A DNA stretch of 64,000 nt, from assembly GCA_964035545.1 (NCBI GenBank), contig OZ037765.1, positions 25,481,504 through 25,545,503 of the forward strand. The letters are read 5' to 3'. The translations under genes and the position numbers were made by a program. The stretch's first letter is position 1; each line of letters begins with the position of its first letter. The stretch comes from Bugula neritina (lineage: Eukaryota > Animalia > Bryozoa). Below the pieces are notes generated by a model. The model worked only from the letters and a program-made list of their open reading frames with translations. It did not search any database and was not told where the DNA came from. This document shows, piece after piece, positions 25,491-38,300 of the stretch.

Positions 25491-27521
25491 ACTACTTGTT
25501 GCAAATTAGACAATGTAATTAGAATTTATAGTTTTAATTGAATGACCATGATTTATTTATTACAAGCTACATTCTGATACACTATAAATAAGTGAAATAG
25601 GAATGATTGTTAAAGCTTGACCTTATTCACATTTATATTAATCAAGTTCAATAGTTGACCAAGAAAATTTCTGGCTCAGAAAGAGCAATTTAAGTCAAGT
25701 ACATATATTTAGTAATAATCTGAGTCTACTTTTTAATTAAGTAGGCTCATTGTTCATGATTGCTTTCAGTTATTTTCTCATTTTTATATTAAAGCACTAG
25801 GTGATTTAACTGGAATAAAGCAAATTATAGCTGTTTTATCTCTTATTCATTGAAAAATAGGTTTTGGGAGTGACTAGTGATTTTCATTATAAGTTGCTTT
25901 TCAAACCAAAGTTTCAAGCTTTACACATGCTATAGTCAATATGAATAGAGAATTGTAAACACTTATCTGTTTTTACTTTGTATGTGAAATTTGCGGGTGT
26001 ATAAAATATTTATAAAGAATAATTAACATTTCTAGATTATGGGAAAAATTGAAAAGGAGTAAGTTGATGAAACACATTTTATTGGTTGCTTAATATCTAG
26101 AATATGGGACATTCATCAACTGGCTACAGTATTTCTAAGCATGCCATAAATCATTAAAGTAACTCATCTGTGATTGCAAAAAAAAACAGAGATTTTGATG
26201 GTTTCAAGATAGTGAACCTAGAGCTGTGTTAGCTTGAAGCACTCTAAATCTAGTTATTAGACATTTATAGTACTATTGAAGTGCATGTTACCTTTTTAGT
26301 TACTTCTAAACTAAACAGCTTTATTTAGATTGAGTTTAGAAAGTAGTGAATTGACGAATTTATACTGACAGACTGTAAAACATCATATTTCCCAACAAAA
26401 TGATAATTGACAAGTCACTCAAAATAAAATCTGTTAAGCTGAGATTATTGTAAAACAGAGGCTGCCGATATTATGCTTAGTTGAGCAGCATATAGCCAGT
26501 GCATATGTTTTCTAATTTAAGATATTTAGACAGGAAAATCGAAAGTGTAATTGCTAGTTCTACTGTTCACCTTTTCTTCTCTATTAGACACTTTTTGTTA
26601 AGATCATGTTTGCGGGTTTAAAAGATATGTAATAGTTGTTTAATAGTCTTAATTTGTTTGAAAATGTATAATTTTACATCAGGTTAATTGTTCACTGGCT
26701 TCATCCCTTCTGAATTATAACTACTTTATAGTTTAGGTATTGCTCAAGTTGCTCAGTATATACTGCTTTTGCTGGTATAGAGTATAGAGTGCTGTTTTGT
26801 TCATCCATTAAGCTACCCAAGTCAGTTAACTAGTTGTGAGCTCATATGTGATGGCTACTGTAGTTTTAGACGGTATAGAAATTGTTCAACTAAAGTTGAT
26901 CTGTTCAGTTGTATTTTCAATGTGTTCAACTACATCCTTTTTTACTTTCCGTGTTATATTTAATTTTTTTTCATATTTCTCTTTGTTATAAAATCTTCAG
27001 ATAAAGCCATCATAATAAAAATCTAGCAACTAAAACAATTATTTGTAAAACTTTAGTACATGTTGGTATCGTAATTTAATCAAATCATAATGAAATAATT
27101 CTATTTTACTGATTCTTTTAAGAATAAGCATTCAATATTGAGAGACACTTGCACTATCTTAACCAGAGATGTAACCACCTAGCTGCCCTAGTGAAAGGTT
27201 ATAGCTTTCCTGAGAGTCCTATTGGTTCCTTTTGCATTTGCATTAGTTCCCATTATGAATATTGTTACATAGTCTATGTTTAGAAAAGCTTTCCAAAAGC
27301 CCTCTAGCCATTTGATACTCAGGCTGTTAATTTTTTTCTGTATTCTAAAAATAGTTATTAGACCTTAGGCTGGGGTTTTGGTGAATGCAAAAAAATTTTG
27401 GGAAAAGCCTGTGTTAGTCAAGTTTTCTTATCGCACTGATATACAGTTTTGTGTTATTTATTTCTCGGTAGATGAGTGACCAACTGGAAGTCCCTTGTAG
27501 CGTGCTAGTTGTCTGCTAAGA

Positions 27522-30500
27522 ATGAACCCAGTAGAAACTTGTGGAGAAGCTCCACCAACTTGTGATGGTGAGTCACTTTCTGGTGTTAACCAAACAGCTG
27601 AAGCTACTGCTCCCTCTCGGTCTGATGAGACTTCTGCAAGTACGTCAGCGGGCAGACCAAGGCAAGAAAGTCTGACAAGTGATGCTGCCGTAGTCAGCAA
27701 GAGAGATTTACTGCAAGAAAGAGAGCCGTCAGTGATTGAAGATGGTGAGGAATCATATAAGAACTCTGTTAGTTGAACCAAAGTGTATATGTAGTTGGAT
27801 TAGTCGTGCAGTGTTGAAATTTATACATTTCAGATGCACTGGCTAGTCCCATACAGCTTCTACCCGGTGAAACTTTGAGACGTTTGGGGCGCAGTGGAAT
27901 TGCTGGTGGTATTATTATGCTTACAACCTACAGACTGTTCATTACATTCAAGGAATCGTTTGTGAATATCCCACTGCGTGTGATTGAGTATGTGAGCTGT
28001 GTTGATGTGGACAGTATATCAGCCACATGTAAAGACGGCACAGTTAGGATGTAAGTGCTTTCTATTGTTGCTATCATTGCTGATTCTGAAAAGTTTATGC
28101 ATGTGGAAGCATGTATTTTATTATTTTGTATACTCGCAGTAATACAACTGCCATTTGGTTCCAAATTGTCAGGTGCAAGCTAGCCAGCAGTGAGGCTTGC
28201 TTCAAGTGGCTGCACGCTATAAAACACGAGCTAGCTTATTGTCGGACCTTTGTGGACTATTTTGCTGTGTCCTTCTCCATCACTGCACACGAACTGAAAT
28301 ACCCTCCGTGGAACCTCAAGTCTGGTAATCCATATAAACTTGGCGAAGAATTGGATAGGCTTGGCTTTGATTTGAAGAACACGTGGAGAATCAGTAATAT
28401 CAATGAAAATTACAAGTATGTTTACTTCTCAATGCTATAGTGTGATAGAGTGTATGAACAGAAATGTCACTTCATTATTGTTGAGTCTTTTTCTATTCAA
28501 GCAGATGCTGAATTTGCAGACAATTGAAAATGCTATTCATGCTAGAATGTTGGAATTTGTATGCATGGCTAATCAAATCTTCTGTGGAATTTTGTATTAT
28601 TGGAAATACATGAATTAAGTAATTGATTGAACATGTTAACAGTTAAAAAAGGATTTTCTATCAAAAGCTTCAGTTACTTCCTGAAGGTCAGTTTCTCTTT
28701 AGTGTTTACTTTGTGACTTGCCTTGTGTCTACTACATTCCATTACAAGTATAGTGAAACTGATCTCCCTGATATTCCAATGCTAGGCTGTGCAACAGCTA
28801 CCCAAAGGAAAACGTAGTGCCAAGAAGCTACCCAGAAGAGCTATTAGAGAAGGCGGCTCCTTTCCGTGCCCGCTGCAGGTTCCCCACTGTAGTGTGGAGG
28901 AACACGCACACCGGCACCGTCTTGGCACGCTGCAGTCAGCCAGAACTCGGTGTTTTCTGTCAGAGAAGTACTGAAGATGAGGAACTTATCCAGGCAAGTT
29001 TATACACTTGAAGTGAAGCCACTTTAACTTAACAGAATGGGTTTTAGAATTATCCATAGATATATGGATATTGTTGATTGAAATAGCATAATTATACACC
29101 CAATCTAATTTTTTCAATTTTACTAGGAATTTTGTTCACAAACTTGCATGTGTGGTTAAGCTGACATATTCTATAAGGTTTACTAGCTTCCTCTACTAAC
29201 AGCTGTATTTCAGCCAAGTTGTTGGCAAAATGAGATAAATTTGACTCAAATCCAGTTAATTTACTGGCTGACTCCATGGAGTGCAGACAGCTAGCTGATG
29301 ACGCTGAGTGTTTTATAGGCTATTATAGAAACATGTGACGCTGGAGACAGCACATCTGGCGCAGATGACGGGGTTAAGAAGCTGCTAGTTGTAGATGCCA
29401 GGTCATACTCTTCAGCCATTGCCAACCGTGCTAAGGGCGGTGGTACAGAGTACACAGAGTACTACAAACATTGCGACATTGAGTTCATGGCGCTGCCCAA
29501 TATACACAGCGTGAGGAGCAGTTTCGCTGCCGTTCGTAGCCTCATATCGGGCAAGGCTAGCACCACCAAGTATGTTAACCTATACTTACCTACATACTTA
29601 CCTACATACTTACATCTATACTTACCTACATACTTACCTACATACTTACCTTTATGCTTACCTTTATACTTACATCTATATTTACCTACATTTTACTTAC
29701 ACACTTAACTCTATACTTACCTACATACTTACCGTCATACTTACTTACCTCCATACTTACTTATTTACTTACATACTTAACTCTATACTTGCCTGCTTTC
29801 TATGGCAACAGTATTCATATTGAAACAGGTTTAAGAAGTTGTTTACTTGCGAACCTCTGGCTAGGTTTCAGATAAGTAAATATCAGATTAACATGTTGTG
29901 GATATTAATAGCATCTGCAACTTCCTCAATAAAACTTATCACTGATAGCCGATTTTGTCACTGCAGCCTATTAGATTGTGTTATCTTATAATATTGTTTT
30001 GTATTTGCTGGTGACTATCCAACAGGGTTGGGGTAATTGTAATTTGTAATTGTAATTGGCTGTAATTAATTACATTTTTTCAAGTAATTGAATGTAATTG
30101 GTAATTGAGGTTTAAAAATGTAATTGTAATTGTAATTGTAATTAATTACATATCTAATGTAATTGATTTTTACAATTACTTTGTAATTACATGTCAATTA
30201 CTTCAAACTTTTAAATTTTAAAAATCTCCTTCTTTTTCTACAATGACTACTGTTAATTAACAAGTTCAGATAGTTAGGTCAATATAGTAGGGTCATTCCA
30301 TGCCAGCTCATCGAATTGCCCGCGTCTATTTGCGTCTCAGATTTTGTTCATATTTACACCAAATAGACCTAAACATGCCTCAAGTACTCTTTTTTAGTAT
30401 TTCTGACCTGACACAAATTTTTTTAAAAACTGACTACTTTTGTGGACAAAGGTTGAGAAACATTTTGAGTAAAATTTGTGATTTCTACTCTAGACTAATC

Positions 30501-33500
30501 TATAAACGTCTATATCTCAATCATTTTTCTAGACTGAGCCTTAAAATTTGCTGTGTGATTTGATGATACCTATCAATTTGCACTAGTAGCAACACATACT
30601 ACAGAATACTTTGTGTGCATATATGCAAAGTCATTGAATATGAACAAATCTTTGTAAATTTTGAAAAATTTCAAATATTCGCCTAATCAAATTTTAAATT
30701 ACTTCTGAATTGGTCTAAAAGTATAAATCACAAACTTTCCTCAAAATATTTTCTAACCGTTGTTCACCAAAGTAGTAATTTCTCAAAATGTTTTTGTGTC
30801 AGGCCAGAAATATTCATGAATGGTAATCTGAACATGTGTAGGTCCATTTAGTGTAAATATGAGCAAAATCTGAGACACAAAGACGTGGGACCCCTTGAAA
30901 GTTGGTTGATTTGGTATGGAATGACCCTATAGTATCACTGTAGAAAACAAAAGAGGTTCACTGTCAACATTGCCCCTGGTAATTGGACCCTAGAAGTGAC
31001 TTCTATTTATTCCTTGTGAGAACAAAAGTAATTGTAATTGTAATTATTTACATTGCCATGTAATTGTAATTGTAATTAATTACATTCATTTTTAACTGTA
31101 ATTATAATTGTAATTGTAATTGACAAATCTCCATGTAATTGTAATTGTAATTAATTACATTTACATGTAATTGACCCCAACCCTGCTATCCAATGACCCA
31201 CATGTGTCAAATATAGCACTACTATACTCTAGAAATTGTTACTAGCATTTGCTGATTAGTCCAGCTAGTTGAATGGCTCCGTCATTGTTATTTAGGGCAA
31301 TTGTTATGTGTATATAGATAAGTCATAATATTGTCATTTACCTGTGCACTTGCACTTGGTCCATCATTTACTTTAACTCTAACCACAGCTGGTCTAAATT
31401 ATCTCTCTGCTGTTTCAGTTGGTACTCATCACTAGAAGCTACAAACTGGCTCACCAATCTGTCCACACTGATATCTGCAGCTAAACATGTGGTGGAAACT
31501 CTGGCAGCTAAACCAGTGCTTGTTCACTGCTCAGATGGCTGGGACAGAACTCCACAAATCTGCTCTCTTGCTCAAATCATTATGGATCCTTTCTACAGAA
31601 CTTATAAGGTCAGTCTTTAGGTATTTATACTGTTATACTTTGTTGGCACCAGCTATCCAGTTTACCAGCTTTTATTTTGATTTATTCTAACTTTACTGCC
31701 ATAGTGTACCAACCTATTCACCTCACCTCTCTGGTTCAATGGTCGGCTAACAATGTAGTGTCCTCAGTAATATTTCTATACCTGCTCAGTCAATGATCTA
31801 TGGATAAAATAATATTCAACAGAAAGTATGTCACTTTTATTGTGTGCATTGTTTAGGGATTTCAAATACTGATCGCAAAGGAATGGCTTTCATTTGGACA
31901 CAAGTTTGCTCAGAGATGTGGCCATGCCCTGGGAGAATTTGATCCGAATGAAGTCAGTCCAATCTTCCTGCAATGGCTTGACGCAGTCTACCAGCTGACC
32001 CAACAGTTCCCCACGGCATTCGAGTTCAATGAGGCTTGCTTAGTACGTCTTCTTAATCAGCATCATAATTAAAAACATTTTATTTATTAATAATTTTACT
32101 GTTAATAATCTCATATACTATATTTGTTTTCAGATAAAACTGGTTCAGCACACATATTCTTGCATGTTTGGGACATTCCTGTGTGACAGTGAAGGCATAA
32201 AGGTCTGTGAGGAGTTTCATACAGAGACTGTGGAGGTTTGGTCTTTACTGGACGCTTTACAGTCACAGCTGTCCAATATTCTTTACACTCCTAATGTACA
32301 TAAGGTGAGGCTCACTTATATAAACTACTTCTAGTTGTGATAAACTGGAAATGACCGGTTGACTAGACACGACTGCTAAGCTGCATTAATAGCATTTAAT
32401 ATCCTATGGTATTAAGATTCTGTTGATAATTCAGTTCTATGAACTGAGATGTAAGGAAATCTATTGATTTAAATAAATTAGAGTCACTAGCCTTGTTATT
32501 AAAGTGTTTTCTGTTTAGTTCCTAAGAGTACCACTCTTTGTTGGCATTAATTTTAGGCACTAGGTGTCAGCTCACACCAAAGTGACCTCCGTCTTTGGAC
32601 TAGCGTCTACTCTCCTCAGACTAGTCAGGCCAACTGTTTGGAAGCCCCAATAGAAAACCGTCAGCTACGCAGAAGTCGTAGTTTCACTGATATTTCAAGC
32701 TCTACTGGTAATTTCCTGTTGTAGTTTAATGTCCTTCTTTAACAGTTTGTTAGAATGATTTTGCTCTAAACCTTGCTGATATGTTCTGAATTGCTTTCTT
32801 ATGACTGCAGAGACTAACCTACATCAGGTGCTAGTGGGTCGTACACTCAGTGATCCTGACCTTTCGTCCAGCTGTCAAATCAGTATTGACAACGCAAATG
32901 GATTAGCGGTGTCTGGCTCCACAGCATCTGGCGGTGGGAAAATAGGCTCTACTATTAGTCTGTCTAACCTTCGCAATGAAGGAAGAAGTAGAAATAACAG
33001 CGAAGCATCTGGCAAGGAATCCGAAACACGGCAGAGAGCAGAGAATAAGAGTCTGGGAGACGGGGTGAGATATTGTTTACATGATCCGTGGGATAGTCAA
33101 CAGAATTGTTATGCACAACATTTTCCACCTGGCATGGAATTACTCACAGCTTGCTGTAGCCTCAGGGTTGAGCAATCATAATATGTAATTTTATTTACTT
33201 GATACTAAGTAACAATGTTATGCATGCAAATGATTATAATTCACTGAACTAATATTAAATATTAATTTATCTAAATGCAATGTAAGGTGAATAAATTTGT
33301 TGTTGTAGATGGGTATCATGTATGACAGGTATATTGACATTGATGGATTGCCCTACCATGTTAACCCAGCTATACAAGGCGTAGTAGAAATGGCAAATAA
33401 TTATGAAAAAGAAATAGATAAACTAAAGCGGCAAATAAAATACTTACAGACCTTGCCAACTCAACAAGGGAGTTTAGAGTGCAACAACTGCCATGGGTTA

Positions 33501-34947
33501 CCTATACTCAAATTTCAAGTACGTTTACTTTTACTTTCATTAAGTTTCCAACTAGCGTATTTCTCCCTCTTTAATAAGATGAAAAAAATGATATTTTTTG
33601 CAAAGATTTCAAAATTTAGTCAAGGATTATTTGCACTCACTGCGTGCCCTGGAGAAATAAAGATTGCTCACAGAAACTTATTTGAATACACTTGCCCTGT
33701 GGTAAATCCAACTGTGTTGCTCCTATAGATGATAGAATATTGTTATCTAATTCCTATAGACTGATGATGTATCAATGCTGTCACGAAAACTTATTTGTGG
33801 ATCATAATGGCAGCATTTATGAAATTTAGCAATTTTAATAAGTAATGTATATTCGTAGAATGCTGATGGGGATTGTGCCCCCGGTTCAGCAGGAAGCAAT
33901 TGCTCTGACCAATCAGATGGAAGTTGGGAAACTCTTTCTTTCCGTGAACCCAATGTTCTACGTTGGATGCCGGACCACGCAGTTTCGCACTGCTGCATGT
34001 GCAATGCCAAATTTACAGTCATCCGACGGAAACATCACTGCAGGTTAGTTACAACCTTCCTATTAGTAATGACATTGCGGGTCTGAACACACATTAGCAT
34101 TGTTCACAGTGAAATCACTGCTATACAAAAATTAAGTCAAGTTTAAAGACTATTATGGAAAATGTCTTAATACTTTATGTAGTTATTTTCCTTGAGCTAA
34201 AAATTGAAATAAATTCAAATTATTTTTGTAGCATAAATGAAATGAAAACCAAATGTTGAATTTTGCCACTTGTTTTTAAAATTTCAACTTAAAATACTTG
34301 TTATAGCGACAAAATTTCATTGTCATAGCTTTTTATGATGTCTTTGTATGGCCATCTTTTTATTCAAAACATGGCAACTCAATTAAAAATAGGAATGTTG
34401 GGTCTAAATTGCAGCTTACTTTTACAAACTAATAGAAATGCATCCAGATCTTTATTCAACTAACATATTTTGTTTGAACATTTGATGTTGTAGACAATGT
34501 GGTGAAATATTCTGTGACTTCTGTGCATCAGAATTTGCACCCATTCCAGAGCAGCAACTGTTTGACCCTGTCAGGGTATGTCGGAAATGTCACAAAGACC
34601 TGATGATGGCTGTCAACAGTTTGAGTGAAGAACTTGACCAGGTAGATGATATGGCGGAAGATATTTCTCATGAATCTCATGGGACGGAGGCTTCCTCTCC
34701 TGATGACAAACATTGGAAAAACTCTTCTTCACCTGCAAGTAGCACCCCTCGGAAACCTTCCACTGTCACCACAACAGCTTCACCCAGTGCAAAGGAATTA
34801 CTGTCGCAAGATGCATGCCGTACATCTGCACATAAAGCAGGCCACGTGTCTACTTCAAGTGCAGGTTCACAGAAAACATGCAGTCAAGAGTCAATAAATG
34901 TTGAAAATTGTATTGATGGGAAAAGACTGATGGGTGCACAGGTTTAA
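27522..34947 (+). CDS. MTMR4: Myotubularin-related phosphoinositide phosphatase MTMR3/MTMR4; exons 27522-27744, 27834-28050, 28173-28415, 28786-28993, 29319-29569, 31419-31608, 31857-32042, 32134-32304, 32557-32707, 32811-33064, 33309-33518, 33859-34043, 34494-34947
   Basis: PH-GRAM-like N-terminus; WRISNINENYKLCNSYP; RCSQPE; DARSYSSAIANRAKGGG; intact catalytic VHCSDGWDRT; EWLSFGHKF; coiled coil; C-terminal FYVE (WMPD..C..C..RRKHHCRQCGEIFCDFC..RVCRKC). An active site plus FYVE defines the MTMR3/4 subfamily; which paralogue cannot be resolved. Confidence 0.94.
29578..29790. repeat. Degenerate tetranucleotide microsatellite (TACC/TACT/TACA)n in an MTMR intron
   Basis: TACTTACCTACATACTTACCTACATACTTAC... 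starts just after the exon donor. Confidence 0.9.
30023..31185. mobile_element. hAT-type MITE with (GTAATT)n subterminal arrays, carrying a nested element
   Basis: TIR CAGGGTTGGGGT / ACCCCAACCCTG and an exact 8-bp target-site duplication CTATCCAA (30015-22 and 31186-93). An 8-bp TSD with CAGG termini is typical of hAT. Confidence 0.92.
30288..30929. mobile_element. Nested non-autonomous TIR element with long imperfect inverted arms (TAG...CTA termini)
   Basis: TAGGGTCATTCCATGCCA / TGGTATGGAATGACCCTA (1 mismatch), flanked by a TAG duplication (alternatively GGG..CCC ends with a TATAGTA duplication). The inverted similarity extends about 200 bp inward (GTCTCAGATTTTGTTCATATTTACAC vs GTGTAAATATGAGCAAAATCTGAGAC). 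Confidence 0.88.
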
Positions 34948-35398
34948 ACTTTCTTCTTCAGCATTGAAAAAATTCAAAAAATATATTTTGTTGTATTTAT
35001 GATGACAAAGTCACATGGAAATTTAGTGTTTATTAGCTTTCTTCCTAGTTATTTTTTCTCAGCTATGAAATACCCAGAAATAAGTATCTTTGGAAGAATA
35101 TCACATTTGTTAATTAATTTATTTCAATATTTTTATGTTTTCATAATAATATATGTATTTGTTAATAAATGTATTTGTTTGCTATTTTTCACTAGATTTA
35201 AAAATTTTCTTGCAATTTTGATATCAAGCAAGAGTCGTGCATTTACATAACCTGTTGACAATATTTAGTAAAGATATTATTTTCAAGTGCTTCAAGTTCA
35301 TAGACCTGAAATCCAATAGCAAATATAAATATTCATTCATTAAAATCAAAGTACACACAAGTTGCTCGAAAAAATTAAATTAAAATTTGAGTAAAAGT

Positions 35399-38300
35399 TT
35401 ATAGTTCAATGCTTCGCATCACTTGTAGAGCAGAGGAAAGTGACTTGGGAACATTACGACTCACTTCAATAAAATTTTCAGGGCTAGCTTTCAGCAATGC
35501 AACAATCGACTGTAACTTGTCAATTGGTGTGAGCCCCAAATCATCCAGTACATTGATGAGGTAGTCTGCAAGTAAATAAATTTAAATGAAGTAAAATTCT
35601 ACATATTAAGTTCACAAACATATGTTGCGTTAATATTGTTAACAACTGGAAATCTCAAAATTTGAAATTGAACGCATTAGTACACACTATGCAAATTTTC
35701 TGACCATTCAATTTAGGAAAGATTCAATAAATTAAATTGAGATTAATTATGGTTAAATTATGGTAAACTGATGATTGTATTCAAGTGAGACTGGTATAAT
35801 GAATGTAATATTTTAACATGCTAGGCTACACACCAATGTCTGTGATCAGCTGATTTACAGCATGGGCAGAGATTTGTGGTATTCTCAATATTTCTTCACA
35901 ATAAGTGTGCATTGTAGCTCTGGATATGGACTCTAACCAAATGCTGTCTAGATTCTCTCCTTCTCGGTCTAGAAAGATTAGAATATTATTAAAGTAGTTT
36001 GAAATTAATGTCTAAAGATGGTCACTTTAGATGCATTGTAAAAATGAGCAAAATCACGTGTATCATAACTGAAAATGGCTGATAATACACAAAACATAAA
36101 CTAAGAGTCATGTGCAAAACTTTTGTAAAAAAGCATATATAATATTTTTAAAAATATGTAAGTATAAATTAGAAATAATATAGGCAGCTTAAGGTCCAGA
36201 AATTGTTAAAACAAAATTTGGTTTGAAATTTGATATAGAAATGCAGTAGATGACTACACAAAATATTTAATTGTTAATAAGTTATATAACATTGTAATCA
36301 TAAAGACATTTTAATTCAATAATTTACAGAAGGGGTTTAGTGAAGGAGATATTGTAACTTTCAAGAGCTGAAGGCACATGAGTATAATACGAATATATGT
36401 CACAAGTACATTACCTCCAGATGTTACCGAGTTTATATAGGTCAATGATTTGGTTTACCTTGCAATTTAGTATATGGAAGCCGGCCATACTTTACAGCTA
36501 CATCTATAGCAAGGTTATTTGAGGAGGCTTCAGAAGTTTCAGATGTGGCATCTCTGGTGAAGGGGTCAAGATATTGTGGTAGGGTCATTATATACTGACC
36601 AATCTGTAGCAAAAAGCAGGTAAAACAACCACATGAGTGTTGGTTGAATCTGACAGAAGCTTACTTGAAAATATATGTCGGAGTAAGTAGTGGAATGATT
36701 AATAATAACCATTTTTCTGTATTTATTTACTCTGAAGAAAGCACAGGAGAGCAACCTAAACAAATAAACTAAAATTGTTTGCCATCAAACAGATTTTAAT
36801 TCTTATGGCTCCAAGTTACCTTACGAAGTGAGCACACATCCTCTCCCCTGCATACGAACCTTAATAAAGAAAGACTGAATGAGAGTTTTTCCTGAGTCTA
36901 TATCAGCAACAATCTACAACTCATAACTATAAATACCTGAGTAATATATTCTTGTGGAGAAAGACTGAACATGGGCAGGTCAGCTGTGAGAGCTCCACCA
37001 GCACTCTTAGATAGCCACACCTACAAAATACACAGAACATTCTAGGTGCACTTATTACAGTAATATTTTAACAACCAGGCCTACAAGCAATCAATATTAT
37101 ATACCCCATCTTGGCATTTACTGGGTAGCTCATATTGATAAGCTACTACATACAAGCTCTATGGGAAAAAGTAGAGACAACTCTTGTAAAGAAAAAACAA
37201 CCAAGTTTTAGGGATTTACATGGTAAACTAGACAAAACACTAATTAATTTGCAATATGAAAAAAGATTTATTTCACTTATTTACCTGAGATTCTGATAGA
37301 AGATGCAAGTGAGTAGCTATCTGAGAGAACACTGCATCAAACGCCAGTTTGTGAGCATGCTCAGAGAGAGATCTAAGCAGTTTGAGAGCGACAGTCAAAA
37401 TGCTCTGTTTATCAGATACCGACTCTCTTAGCTGCTCAAATTGACGAAGCTGCTCCTCTGATGCTATTAGTGTAACTTTTATGTCAGATATTGGACTGGG
37501 TGATGGTCTGTAAAATTAATATGTTAGTCAATATCATAGTAATATCACTAAATAGTGAAATGTACTTACAAGTATAGCAATCTTCATTTTTAATAACAAA
37601 AAGCAAAATGCAGAGCTTGCGCGCTTTGAGAAAGGAATAATTTATTATTACGGATAGTTGAAATAAAACAGGCTTATTATAACTAAAGAACATAAATATG
37701 ATTGTTTAGTGTTCATGAAATCAAGTCAAGTCAACTGGTGAAAAAGTCCATTAGTTAACCATTGGAGACAAATTCAAGTTCATCTTGTAATAAAACCAGG
37801 TAAATATCCAACAAGAGTGAGAATTGTTGTCATCCAGTGTTACCCCATCACAGTGTAATTAATATACTTTAGTTTCTCCCCCCCCCCACACACACACAGA
37901 AAGGTGGGAGGACAATTCCCCTAAGAGCAGCTACCAACAATAGTCAAGTTAATTAGTCTGAGTTTTGGAGAATCCCTTTAACTGAGCATTTATGTATGAA
38001 CACTGTTTAGTATGCCAGTACAGAGAACAAGATAACGGAATCCTAGGCGGGGCAAGAGATTAGCCAAAACCAAAATTAGAAATTATTATGGACAGGAATT
38101 GGTTACTTCCAATATTTTCTATTCAATGTAATTTATGTGACACTAAAATGTAAAAAGAATTAAATATGCTATGCTCCTACTCACACTATCCCCACACATA
38201 CAACTTGCCCCAACATGCATTTGCTTTAGGCAGAGCCTTGCTAACTGAAACGTTATTCAGTTCACTGAAATCAATCATTGCAAAGTTTTATAAAAAAGAA

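Noticed and set aside
27458-27781. Antisense ORFs over coding exons (107 aa here; also 51151-51558, 33747-34022, 22406-22591)
   Set aside because: Shadow ORFs opposite GC-richer real exons, with no recognisable domain.
29487-29875. ORFs with YLPTYLH / TYLHTY repeats
   Set aside because: Read-through from an MTMR exon into a tetranucleotide microsatellite.
37570-37682. Exon-like open segment with AG/GT ends inside a COG7 intron
   Set aside because: Its phases (2 in, 1 out) do not fit the flanking exons, which already join in frame, and it has no COG7 similarity. At most it is a poison exon.
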